Source: Patescibacteria group bacterium (GTDB lineage Bacteria > Patescibacteriota > Patescibacteriia > UBA9934 > GWF2-40-263). From it: a DNA stretch of 64,000 bases. Below are positions 10,982 through 20,318 of the stretch, one piece after another; positions within the stretch are counted from its first letter, which is position 1; each line of letters begins with the position of its first letter. Where the stretch lies: positions 2,823 to 66,822 of the forward strand of contig JBBTRQ010000001.1 of assembly GCA_038065075.1 (NCBI GenBank), given 5' to 3'. Position numbers and translations under genes: made by a program. Under the pieces are notes generated by a model. The model was not told where the DNA came from. It did not search any database and saw only the letters and a list, made by a program, of their open reading frames with translations.

Positions 10982-11734
10982 TTATCCGATCTCCTGCAGA
11001 ACAAGCGTGCTGATGCCAAAGAGGCCGGCAACGATCAGGGTGGCGAAGATGCCGTACGTCATCTTGGTGAGGGCGTCCGTATGCAAGTCATCGCGATTGG
11101 AGGCGATCATGTAAGCAAACCCGCCTTGTAGGATCAACGTAATCGCCGCAACGCCCAGCCAAAGCATAAGCACACGAACGATCCTCAACATAAACTCCGC
11201 GTAGGCAGGACCGCTTGAAAATGTCTCGATAAGCGGAACCGCGGCAAGAGCCTCGTGCGAGAAACTCAGTCCTACAACCACGAGCACGAACCCAGCCAAG
11301 AGCGATCCCACAATGTCCTTCACGCGAGATCCATCCGCGCGCCCGGCGACGGCGGCCATGGCCGCTCCCATCACCTTGCCCATATCGGCCTTGCTGGTCG
11401 CGCCGCTTTTTTCCACGACCTCCTTCACGATCCGCGCAAGCTCTTCGTCGCTCATCTGAGTGGGAAGATACTGTTCCAAGACGCCGATCTCCACCTGGAC
11501 ACTCACAGCCAAATCTTCTCTCCCGCCAGCCTTAAAGGACTCAATGGAATCCTTGAGCTGTTTGACCTGCGTCTTCACCACGTCCTGGACTTCCGCGTCC
11601 GAGAGTTCGTGTTGCACGTCGATCTTTTTATTCTTCATGGCAGAAAGCAACAAACGCAACGTGGAAAGCGTTGCGCTGTCTTTGGCTTTCATGGCAGCCT
11701 TCATGTTTTCTGTAATCTTCTCTGCCAGGGACAT
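10982..11734 (-). CDS. yqeY: GatB/YqeY-domain protein (aa 1-150, full-length match to YqeY) fused to a C-terminal TM segment plus TrbC/VirB2-like pilin module (aa 150-250)
   Basis: N-terminal half matches the YqeY consensus through ..SKADMGKVMGA...G.ADG; the C-terminal 100 aa match the paralogous pilin module (..RIVRVLMLWLGVAAITLILQGGFAYMIASNRDD..YGIFATLIVAGLF). Conserved rpsU-yqeY gene order. Confidence 0.65.
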   Translation of the reverse strand: MSLAEKITENMKAAMKAKDSATLSTLRLLLSAMKNKKIDVQHELSDAEVQDVVKTQVKQLKDSIESFKAGGREDLAVSVQVEIGVLEQYLPTQMSDEELARIVKEVVEKSGATSKADMGKVMGAAMAAVAGRADGSRVKDIVGSLLAGFVLVVVGLSFSHEALAAVPLIETFSSGPAYAEFMLRIVRVLMLWLGVAAITLILQGGFAYMIASNRDDLHTDALTKMTYGIFATLIVAGLFGISTLVLQEIG

Positions 11735-11743
11735 AGTCGAGGA

Positions 11744-11992
11744 TTAACGACGAGGGCCGCCCTGTGGACGTACAGTCTCTTCAAGCTGACCCACGCGAAT
11801 GAGATACTCGCGTCGGGCTCGGGCGACGATACGTCGCAGAGCGCTCTTTTTGACCTTCGTCTTATTAGGCTCCTCTACACGGAAACGTGTCTTCCTTACT
11901 TGAAGCATGCTTCCGCTTTGTTGGACGCGTCGAGAGAAGCGTCGGTAGAGGCTTTCAAAACTCTCGCCTTTTTTACGTTTAACGTTCACCAC
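11744..11992 (-). CDS. rpsU: 30S ribosomal protein S21
   Basis: 82 aa, basic, ..ESLYRRFSRRVQQSG...ARRE.. bS21-like. Confidence 0.75.
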   Translation of the reverse strand: MVNVKRKKGESFESLYRRFSRRVQQSGSMLQVRKTRFRVEEPNKTKVKKSALRRIVARARREYLIRVGQLEETVRPQGGPRR

Positions 11993-12022
11993 AGGATTTC
12001 CTTATCTATTATTTGGGAAGAA

Positions 12023-13456
12023 TTAAGCGATTGGATTTTGCGGAATGTTAGGGATTTTGTCAAGTTCTTCGTGCAGAAGCTTGCGCTTTACCAATCCCAC
12101 CACCTTTTTGACATCGACAATTTCCTGAGCCCCTGATTCCATGTCTCGAATGATGATGGTCCCATCAAGCACCTCTTTTTGACCCAAGATGAGGGTGAGT
12201 TCGACACCCATCTTGTTGGCAGCCTCGAGTTGGCCTTTCAGGGCATTCTTTCCAAACGCCTCCGCAACGGGTATGCCAGACTGGCGAAACTCCTCAAACA
12301 GTTTAAGGCCTACGCGTCGTGACGCATCCCCGAGCTGGGCGAAAAACACTTTTGCTGGTGGACGCTCCGGGGGGTTGATCCCCTTTGCTTCAAGCGCGCG
12401 AGCGATGCGCTCGATCCCCAGAGCAAACCCACAGGCGGGCGTAGGTCGGCCGCCAAGAAGTTCAACCAGACCGTCATATCGTCCACCCCCGCCCAAGGCA
12501 CTTTGTGAAAAATCTCCCACGTCTTCTTGAAGCGTGTACTCAAATACGGTGTGCGTGTAGTAGTCGAGTCCGCGAACGAGGTAAGGGTTAAGCTGATAAG
12601 GCACTTCAACCTCTTCGAGGAATTCCAAGACTTTCATGAAGTGTTCCTTACTCTTCTCGTCGAGCCAATCCAGAATCTGCGGCGCGCCCTGCAAGAGTTC
12701 GCGTGTCACTTCTTCTTTACTATCTAGGATGCGCAGAGGGTTCTTCTGCAAGCGACGTTTGTCGTCCTCGGAAAGTTTACTGCGATGTTGACGGAAGTAG
12801 GCCACCAGCTCGGTCAAGTACGCCACACGGCACTCAGACGTACCAATCGAGTTGATCTCGACCTTCACGTCCAGTCCAAGCTGTTTAAAAATCTGGTACC
12901 CGATGACGATAAGCTGGGCGTCCACAATAGACTCGTCCACGCCAAAGCTCTCAAATCCCGCCTGATAAAACTGACGATAGCGTCCAGCTTGCGGGCGATC
13001 GTGACGGAACATGGGTCCTAAGTACCACATCTTTACCGGCTGAGGACGATCGAGCATCCCGTGGCTGATGTAGGCACGCGCGGCACTGGCCGTCGCTTCG
13101 GGACGCAAAGCCACGGAGCGGTTTGAAGGATCGGTAAACACATACATCTCTTTCTCGACGATATCAGTCCCTTTCCCGATCGTGCGCTGGAACAAATCCG
13201 AGCGCTCCAGAATCGGAAGATCGATACGGTCAAAACTGTAGGACTCAGCAATGGACCGAATGGTGTCGCGCACTAAATTCCATCTTCCCTGCTCCTCTGG
13301 AAGGATGTCTCGAAATCCGCGTAAAAGCTCAAACGTCTTCCCGGATTTTCCTTCGCCTTCCTCCTCAACGCCCTCTTTCTTTGGCTCCTCCTTTGGTGGC
13401 GTCATTTTTTTCGAGGCTATCTCCTTTGCTGGAGCTTTTGATTTTTTCGGGAACAT
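12023..13456 (-). CDS. hisS: histidine--tRNA ligase with Lys/Glu-rich N-terminal extension
   Basis: Class II HisRS motifs (FELLRGFRDILPEE, GGGRYDGLVELLGG, CGFALGIERI). Confidence 0.9.
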   Translation of the reverse strand: MFPKKSKAPAKEIASKKMTPPKEEPKKEGVEEEGEGKSGKTFELLRGFRDILPEEQGRWNLVRDTIRSIAESYSFDRIDLPILERSDLFQRTIGKGTDIVEKEMYVFTDPSNRSVALRPEATASAARAYISHGMLDRPQPVKMWYLGPMFRHDRPQAGRYRQFYQAGFESFGVDESIVDAQLIVIGYQIFKQLGLDVKVEINSIGTSECRVAYLTELVAYFRQHRSKLSEDDKRRLQKNPLRILDSKEEVTRELLQGAPQILDWLDEKSKEHFMKVLEFLEEVEVPYQLNPYLVRGLDYYTHTVFEYTLQEDVGDFSQSALGGGGRYDGLVELLGGRPTPACGFALGIERIARALEAKGINPPERPPAKVFFAQLGDASRRVGLKLFEEFRQSGIPVAEAFGKNALKGQLEAANKMGVELTLILGQKEVLDGTIIIRDMESGAQEIVDVKKVVGLVKRKLLHEELDKIPNIPQNPIA

Positions 13457-13466
13457 ATGTTTCTTG

Positions 13467-13524
13467 GTAGCCCCAGGCTTTAGCCTGGGTGCAGCCGCAG
13501 CCCAGGCTAAAGCCTGGGACTACC
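13467..13524. repeat. palindromic repeat family 2, two inverted copies (GGTAGCC-CCAGGC-TTTA-GCCTGG-GTGCAGC / mirror) in the lepB-hisS spacer, 11 nt upstream of the hisS start
   Basis: Perfect nested hairpins seen in sequence. Confidence 0.65.
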
Positions 13525-13552
13525 TCATCGGGTGCAGTCGCAACCCGGTTGA

Positions 13553-14158
13553 CTACAAATTATAACTGGGAAGATCGAACGTGCCGATGCGAGAGAACGG
13601 AAGGCCGCGAACCCAGACGCGTCCGATGACGTCATCGCGGGTGATGGCGCCGAAACTGCGGGAGTCCAGGCTGGAGTCGCGGTTGTCACCAAACATGTAG
13701 TACTCATTATCCCCGAGGGTCACCCGAACCTTGCCGGTCGTCGACTCCTCTAGGTATGCCTCTTCGAGCACCAAACCGTTTGGATGCTCTGTGTTATAGA
13801 CCATGACGTTCCCGCCGGTCACTTCTATCGTCTCGCCAGGGAGTCCCACCACACGCTTGATGAAATACTGGCTGCGATCGCGTGGATATTTGAAGACGAC
13901 GATCTCTCCACGAAATGGATTACGGAAACGATAGGTGAGCTCGTCGATGATGAGATACTCTTGATCGTAGAAATTTGGTTCCATGCTTGCCCCTTTAACG
14001 TAGAACGGCTGGATGAGGAAGTATCGGATGGGAATGATGATGGCGCTGGAGATGATCACGATCTGGACGATCTCGAACAAAAAGGACAGCACAGCGCCCC
14101 CCACAGGCCCAAACCGATCGTAGAGTTTATCTTCAAAAGCCGAAAAACGTGAGGACAT
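13553..14158 (-). CDS. lepB: signal peptidase I
   Basis: S26 motifs GASMEPNF, YFIKRVVGLPGE, GDNRDSSLDSR. Confidence 0.85.
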   Translation of the reverse strand: MSSRFSAFEDKLYDRFGPVGGAVLSFLFEIVQIVIISSAIIIPIRYFLIQPFYVKGASMEPNFYDQEYLIIDELTYRFRNPFRGEIVVFKYPRDRSQYFIKRVVGLPGETIEVTGGNVMVYNTEHPNGLVLEEAYLEESTTGKVRVTLGDNEYYMFGDNRDSSLDSRSFGAITRDDVIGRVWVRGLPFSRIGTFDLPSYNL

Positions 14159-14255
14159 AAAGATGTGTACAGCGTATCAAGAAAATCAGACCGGGGCAAT
14201 AGATCACCACGAAAAAACAAAACGGATGCTTAGTCCGTTTTGATCTTGCGAATAT

Positions 14256-14570
14256 CTATTTATTTATCCACTCAAGCATTCGATTGAGTGCCGACTTGGG
14301 AGCCAGTTGCAAATACCCTTGCGGAAGATTATAGCCAGGTACTGTGTAACCTGGTGGTGATGTATAGCCGCCCGGGGTGGTGTATCCAGGTGTTCCATAA
14401 CCGGGAACGAGGCTTCCACCAAACAAACTTCCACCTGAGCGGTTCTTGAGTGAAACAGCTCCCGCGGCTGCCGCGGCCGCTAAGACAACCACCAGACCAA
14501 CGGCTACGGCCGTCCGTGTCGAACTAGTTACCTGCGTCTTCGTCATAGATATCAAATGAAGTGAATTCAT
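14256..14570 (-). CDS. small secreted/membrane protein with PGY/TPGG tyrosine-glycine-proline repeats
   Basis: ORF track; N-terminal hydrophobic segment plus GYTTPGGYTSPPGYTVPGYNLPQGY low-complexity. Overlaps the start of the upstream gene, so start uncertain. Confidence 0.35.
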   Translation of the reverse strand: MNSLHLISMTKTQVTSSTRTAVAVGLVVVLAAAAAAGAVSLKNRSGGSLFGGSLVPGYGTPGYTTPGGYTSPPGYTVPGYNLPQGYLQLAPKSALNRMLEWINK

Positions 14571-16614
14571 AAATGGTCATGCCCTCCTGATTCAATAGAC
14601 GATCAGCTCCTTCCTCCAGCTCCGCAAGAAGCTCCGGCGTCCACGCCCAATAGGCTGGCGCGGCAAAGTAGATGCGACGAACACCTGTCTCTTGAGCCAT
14701 TCGCAAGTAGGCTTCCTGAGAGGGCCCTTCATAGATCGTCGAGGTGTAGAGCCCGTAGAGTGATCCCCCTGTAGGGATAGCATACCAGAGAATCTCTTGA
14801 CCTTCATACCGATAGGTGTGGGCAAAACCAAACTCCTGAATAGCCGCCGCGCTCATGAGTTGGTGAGAAAGCACCAGATAAGGTTCGCCCTGACTCGCTT
14901 CCTCAATCAAATGGACTCCTTCGACATCGACAGCACTAACACCTGGAGAGAAGAACGGATACTTCAGGTTGTACTGCGGATAGGAAAAAAACCAAACGAC
15001 CACGACCAGAAGCGCCAGGAGAAACACCCTCCCAAACTCGAATCGGTGCAGACGTGCGAACACAACGACAAGGGGTGGAAGTGCAAACGTATAAAGAGCC
15101 TGCAGGAGACGAAGAGCGAACTCGAGCTGTTCATGCTGGATGATCCCTTCAAACGTGAACAGCGTCGACGCTCCCCAAATCGTCAGGAGGAGTCCAAGGG
15201 AAAACGTCAGGTGCCCTCGTGCGTTCGCGCGAACCGACGTACATGCGCATACAACGACCAACGATGTGAGGAACACCACGATGGGCAACCAATATCGGAA
15301 GTCATACAGGAAATCGAGTGCCCAGGGAATATACGGATACGGACCCCAGTAGGGACTCGCGAACAATCGGAAGAAGTCTGGAAGTTTTGTGACGAGCAGA
15401 CGGAGGCTACCACCGAGGTTCGTGTGCGATGCAATGGCTAGCATCGCGGGAACGGTGAGACCGACGAGCAGGACAGCGGCGGCGATGAACGCTATCCTCG
15501 CCAAAAAACTCTGCCGACCGACCACGAGGCGCTCGAAGAACAAAAAGACGAGAAGCGGCACAGCCAAGAGCGGATGGAACAGGACAGCGGCGACGAGTGC
15601 GAGCATGACCGACGCAAAACAAACTCGTGGTGCGCGAGCAACCCACGGATATGCCACCATAAAACCCAGGAATAGAACATACGTGACCGTGAACGGAACG
15701 GTGAATGTCGCCAGCATGAAGGGAATCGCAAGGATCCCGATCCACCACATGCGGGCCTGGCGTCGTGTAAGTCCCCACCCATGCTCGAACCCAAGGGTAG
15801 CCATGATTGGCAACCAAAGGCTCTCCACAACCGGCACGAGCCAGATGTCGATGAGCTTCACACTCAAGCCAGTCAGATGATGCAACGCGGCGACGATGAC
15901 GTACTGGCCGCTGTAGAGGAGTCGAACGGGCTCGACGACTCCTGTCTGCACGAGTGCCTCCTCAGCCGCGCGGTGCAGGAAGGGATCAAAGCCAAAGCCG
16001 ATGGCATACACGATCGCGGAAACGCTCAATGCGCTGAATGTCACAAACATCCATCCAATGAGCGGAACATCATCATCCCGCTCGCGTGCCGCAAGGATAG
16101 CCGAAACGATCGCGACGAACAGCAGAACAAAAGGCTCAGGACCAAACAGATTCCACGGGCTCACCAGAGGGATGTCTGTGCGCGCCAAGACCATGAGGCT
16201 AATGAGTAGCAGGCTTGCCAGAAGGCTGATGGCGCTGAAGAGCCAGGGTTGATTGCGTTCAATGCTCGGACACGGAAAAAAGCACATAACCCGACCTGAC
16301 CCCACGAGCAAACATCCGATGGTCACGAGCCAGAGGGTGAGCAGAATCATCCTCTCGTCCAAACGACCAACCGAGAGGTAAAGCCCGACCAAAAAAATCG
16401 TCGAGGTACCAAACACGGCCAGGGAACCAACAACAAGGCGCTCCCAAACATCCCTCCCAAAAACGGCCACGCGGCCAATCAAGACGACAACGCAACCAAA
16501 AAAGAGGAGGCTTCCAACCACCCCTATCCACCACATTCCAACACCCACGTTCATGCTCAAAATCACGCTGGCAACCAAAAGCACGATCCGTGGAGGATCC
16601 CAACGCATACTCAC
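14524..16614 (-). CDS. polytopic membrane protein (>=14 TM helices) with C-terminal extracytoplasmic domain; function unknown (glycosyltransferase-C-like topology)
   Basis: ORF track, hydrophobicity pattern. Confidence 0.5.
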   Translation of the reverse strand: MSMRWDPPRIVLLVASVILSMNVGVGMWWIGVVGSLLFFGCVVVLIGRVAVFGRDVWERLVVGSLAVFGTSTIFLVGLYLSVGRLDERMILLTLWLVTIGCLLVGSGRVMCFFPCPSIERNQPWLFSAISLLASLLLISLMVLARTDIPLVSPWNLFGPEPFVLLFVAIVSAILAARERDDDVPLIGWMFVTFSALSVSAIVYAIGFGFDPFLHRAAEEALVQTGVVEPVRLLYSGQYVIVAALHHLTGLSVKLIDIWLVPVVESLWLPIMATLGFEHGWGLTRRQARMWWIGILAIPFMLATFTVPFTVTYVLFLGFMVAYPWVARAPRVCFASVMLALVAAVLFHPLLAVPLLVFLFFERLVVGRQSFLARIAFIAAAVLLVGLTVPAMLAIASHTNLGGSLRLLVTKLPDFFRLFASPYWGPYPYIPWALDFLYDFRYWLPIVVFLTSLVVVCACTSVRANARGHLTFSLGLLLTIWGASTLFTFEGIIQHEQLEFALRLLQALYTFALPPLVVVFARLHRFEFGRVFLLALLVVVVWFFSYPQYNLKYPFFSPGVSAVDVEGVHLIEEASQGEPYLVLSHQLMSAAAIQEFGFAHTYRYEGQEILWYAIPTGGSLYGLYTSTIYEGPSQEAYLRMAQETGVRRIYFAAPAYWAWTPELLAELEEGADRLLNQEGMTIYEFTSFDIYDEDAGN

Positions 16615-17570
16615 GACTGTTTATCCCCCACCCAATCGTCAACAACCTCCTGAATGTCTCTGGCGGTCACACAGTCCTCGCATGTCTTAGCCGCGGCGTG
16701 CACGAGTCCTAGCGGGACACCGTGCCCGCGTCGTGAAAATTCAATCGCCACCTTGGCAGACGCCTCATCCATTACATCGATTGCCTTATCCGGAAGGAAT
16801 CGATTTTTGATTCGTTCATTCGAAAGCCGCACCGCTTCTTCAAGTGCTTCATCTTCAATCTTCACCTTATGGAACGTCTCATAGGCTGGGCGAATATGCT
16901 TGAGCATAGCCAACGCTTCCTGCGGGGTCGGTTCATCAACCGTCACGGGCTGGAATCGACGATCGAGCGGTTGGTCTTTTTGAATTGTACGCTCGTACTC
17001 CGCCCAGGTTGTCGCACCAATAACTTGAACCTCCCCACGAGCCAGCACAGGCTTGAAAACATCAGACACGTTGAGCGATCCCTCGGCACCCGAAAGCTGA
17101 TCGAGCATATGCACTTCGTCGATGAACAAGATCGCGCGACCTTGCATGCCTTGAAGTTCTGCTAACATCCGACGAAGCCGCGACTCCATCTCACCGCGAT
17201 ACTTGGTATCAGAAACAATCGAAGTCAAATCCAATGAGAGCAGCTGCTTATCCTTGAGTCCCTCGGGAACATCCCCGCTTGCTATACGACCGGCGAGCCC
17301 TTCGACAATGGCGGACTTCCCAACACCGGGCTGTCCGATAAGCAAAGGATTGTTCTTGGTTTTGCGCATGAGGATGTGGATCATGCGTTCAATCTCTTCC
17401 TCACGGCCAAAGAACAACTCCAGCTTATGCTCGCGAGCGAGCTGAGTAAGATCCTTTGAAAACGATCCAAACGAAGCTGGCTTTTTGGACGAAGGCCGGC
17501 GAAAGAAGACGAAGAATCCTCCCGCCGCAACCAAGATGAGAACCAGAACAAACAAGAGAGAGTCAGACAT
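16611..17570 (-). CDS. membrane-anchored AAA+ ATPase resembling the first nucleotide-binding domain of ClpA/ClpB/ClpC
   Basis: N-terminal TM helix; Walker A GQPGVGKSAIVEGLA, ..YRGEMESRLRRML.., ILFIDEVH. Confidence 0.7.
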   Translation of the reverse strand: MSDSLLFVLVLILVAAGGFFVFFRRPSSKKPASFGSFSKDLTQLAREHKLELFFGREEEIERMIHILMRKTKNNPLLIGQPGVGKSAIVEGLAGRIASGDVPEGLKDKQLLSLDLTSIVSDTKYRGEMESRLRRMLAELQGMQGRAILFIDEVHMLDQLSGAEGSLNVSDVFKPVLARGEVQVIGATTWAEYERTIQKDQPLDRRFQPVTVDEPTPQEALAMLKHIRPAYETFHKVKIEDEALEEAVRLSNERIKNRFLPDKAIDVMDEASAKVAIEFSRRGHGVPLGLVHAAAKTCEDCVTARDIQEVVDDWVGDKQS

Positions 17571-17575
17571 ATGAA

Positions 17576-20269
17576 TTACCAGTTACCCAATGATCCACCA
17601 TAGGCTCCAGCGTCAGCCGGAGATCCGTCGACATCGGTTTCAGAAGAATCGATGTCGACACCCGGTGAACCCGGTTGGAGATGGAAGTCGAAGTTAAGAA
17701 TGTCGGTGCTGAGCGTCGGGTCGGTTGTCGTGCCGTCACCGATGTAGAGAGGTTCTGCGTCGATATTTCCGACCCCGCTATCGAAGAGATCCCACGCACC
17801 GTTTGCAGACACGCCCGGAGGAACAGCCCAGAGCAACGAGTAGTCCAAGCTGGAGCTCGCGTATCCCTGCATTTGCAAGTCGTTGTTGTGTGAAGCAATC
17901 AGATGCTCAAAGGATGAGTCCGGCCCAGTGATCGCCGCGATGGTACCGCTGTTGTCGGCAAACGTGAGGTAGTCGACTTCGACTGTTCCGGCTTCCAGCG
18001 GATCGACATTGAGCGCGCTTGGCAGGGTTGGATGATTGGTTCCAACCACGTTGCGAGCAAACACGGCGTTGTGGATGATGCCCTTCTGCGGTTGAAGCGA
18101 AATGCCGGCCGGGGCGTAATGGGAGCTATTGTCGCGTACGTCCATCGCTTCACCTTCGAACTCCCCGCCGAGAATCGACCCAACGCCGTGAGTGATGGCC
18201 GAATTCCCCGTCGCGGTCACCCCAACCATGCTTGTTGATGTGTCCGCCACACCCATCCAGTTGAACTGAAATGCTCCGTGCGCGCCGTGTGAAAGATTGT
18301 TTATAAAGGAAACTTCTTTGAGGCCGGAATCGGTAGCGAGCGAAAGCATCGCACCACCCTCAGCGGAGATATTCCCTTCAAACAAGACATCAACAAACGA
18401 CTGTGTAAGAGAAGCTGTTCGTACAGCGCCGCCCTGCATGGTCGCCTCGTTCCCGATGAAGGATGCCGAGGCAATGTCAAGAACCACTTCCTGCACCGGC
18501 AAATTATTGGACGATCCCCAGATCGCCCCGCCAGCGTTTCCCGCGACGTTATTCGTGAAGGTCGTATGATCCTCAACAGAAAGGTCGCACCCATCAACGG
18601 AAATCGCGCCACCGAAGCCCCAATTGGCGCTCGCGGCCATGTTTCCGTCGAAACTCGATGTGCCCACATCAAACGCGGAAATACCTTGATTATCTACGCA
18701 AGAGAGCGCGCCGCCGTATCCATACCCCGTCGTGCCCGCTTGATTGCCGTTGAATGTGGATCCATCTATGACGACGCTTGTGTCACTCGCATTGACGGCA
18801 ATGGCTCCGCCGTTCGCACGGGCGGAATTGTCTGTGAATACGTTCACCTCAACCAGCACATCAGAATTATCCAAAACGTATATCGCACCGCCATCTTGCC
18901 CAGCGCTATTTTGCGTGAACGTCGACTCGACAACATCTACATTCCCACCGGAGACAAACAACGCTCCGCCTATGCCGGCTTCGTTGCTCTGGAACTGCGA
19001 TGATTCGATGAGCACGTCGGTAATGTTGACGGCGGAAAGAGCGCCGGCGGTGGCGGCCGCATTGTCCGTAAACTGTGCGCGAGCCACGCGAACCACTGTC
19101 TCACCTGAAACCCAAACACCTCCACCGGTTCCAGATGGAGCGGAGTTTTGCGAAAATGTCGAATCTTGAACTTTCAAACTTCCAGATCCCAAGTAATTTG
19201 TATTGTGAAAGATGGCTCCTCCGCCACCGGTCGCGGCCTGGTTGTTTTCAAATATCGCATTCGCGAGGTCTATCGAAATGTCACTACCGTCCGCGTATAT
19301 GGCTCCTCCGGCCTGTTGAGAAATGTTGCCTGTGAAAACGACATTGCGGCCGCTATAGTCCGCCTCTTCCGAGAGATAGATCGCCCCTCCACCCTCTCCA
19401 TATGGCGCGGTCGATGCTTCATTCCCGCTATAGGTCGATCCGACGTCGCTAACCACCGCGGAACCGGCCAAGGAAATGGCCGATCCTCGATTGGCCTCAT
19501 TGGAATCGAACGTATTGTTTTCAAAGGTTGCCTGCACCTCGCCCGTAAGCAGAAAAGCTTTTCCAAGAAGATTGGAAAATGTGGAGTTACGAACAATAAG
19601 TTGGCTTGAGTAGGCGGCAAGCACCCCGACCGCTTCACTGCTCACTGAAGAAAGCCCATCCATGAGTACTCCCACAAGAGTAAGGTTCACCGATGTGTTG
19701 CTCGCGGCAATCGCAAGCGGACCTGAGGTGAATCCGATCCGCTGAATCGTAAGCATGCGCAACGACGTGGGCGCGGCTGACGAATCGTACGGATGCAACA
19801 GAGTAGCGCTTGGATTTTCCCAATGAGTCAATTGGGAACCCGCATCCGAGAAAATCAACACGGGTTCTGTGCCCGTGCCATATGACGTCGACCATGGGGC
19901 AAGATCCAGGTCGATCGTTGTTCCTGTCTGCGTGTACGTAATCGCCCCGCCGCTCGACGATCCTCCACGCAAACAAATCTTGATCACTCCATCCCCATCG
20001 CGGTCGCCGTAGACTTGCGCGTCCGCAAACGCCAAAGACGGGAGCGCGTATTCAAACGGATTCACGGGCGTGGGTCGCACGATATAGTCTGCGGTGAGTA
20101 AGCCCAGGCCACAGACTATGGGCACAGGAGCCACCTTCACTTTCGTTTGCTTTTTCAAAAGGGCGGCACCTGACACGGCCGCAAATCCGCTCACCACCGC
20201 CAAAAAAAAGATAACGGCTGTGGCAACGAATACTTTTGCAAATGTAACGGAACGTGTTTGTGTCGTCAT
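17576..20269 (-). CDS. secreted parallel beta-helix protein with Pmp-like GGA[I/L/V]..FxxN repeats (897 aa)
   Basis: N-terminal signal/TM; about 15 repeats of GGAIY/GGALF followed by F..N(S/Q)A. Confidence 0.6.
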   Translation of the reverse strand: MTTQTRSVTFAKVFVATAVIFFLAVVSGFAAVSGAALLKKQTKVKVAPVPIVCGLGLLTADYIVRPTPVNPFEYALPSLAFADAQVYGDRDGDGVIKICLRGGSSSGGAITYTQTGTTIDLDLAPWSTSYGTGTEPVLIFSDAGSQLTHWENPSATLLHPYDSSAAPTSLRMLTIQRIGFTSGPLAIAASNTSVNLTLVGVLMDGLSSVSSEAVGVLAAYSSQLIVRNSTFSNLLGKAFLLTGEVQATFENNTFDSNEANRGSAISLAGSAVVSDVGSTYSGNEASTAPYGEGGGAIYLSEEADYSGRNVVFTGNISQQAGGAIYADGSDISIDLANAIFENNQAATGGGGAIFHNTNYLGSGSLKVQDSTFSQNSAPSGTGGGVWVSGETVVRVARAQFTDNAAATAGALSAVNITDVLIESSQFQSNEAGIGGALFVSGGNVDVVESTFTQNSAGQDGGAIYVLDNSDVLVEVNVFTDNSARANGGAIAVNASDTSVVIDGSTFNGNQAGTTGYGYGGALSCVDNQGISAFDVGTSSFDGNMAASANWGFGGAISVDGCDLSVEDHTTFTNNVAGNAGGAIWGSSNNLPVQEVVLDIASASFIGNEATMQGGAVRTASLTQSFVDVLFEGNISAEGGAMLSLATDSGLKEVSFINNLSHGAHGAFQFNWMGVADTSTSMVGVTATGNSAITHGVGSILGGEFEGEAMDVRDNSSHYAPAGISLQPQKGIIHNAVFARNVVGTNHPTLPSALNVDPLEAGTVEVDYLTFADNSGTIAAITGPDSSFEHLIASHNNDLQMQGYASSSLDYSLLWAVPPGVSANGAWDLFDSGVGNIDAEPLYIGDGTTTDPTLSTDILNFDFHLQPGSPGVDIDSSETDVDGSPADAGAYGGSLGNW

Positions 20270-20318
20270 AGGATAAAATCAGTATATCAAAAATCCCCAA
20301 GACTAGCTTGGAGATTTT

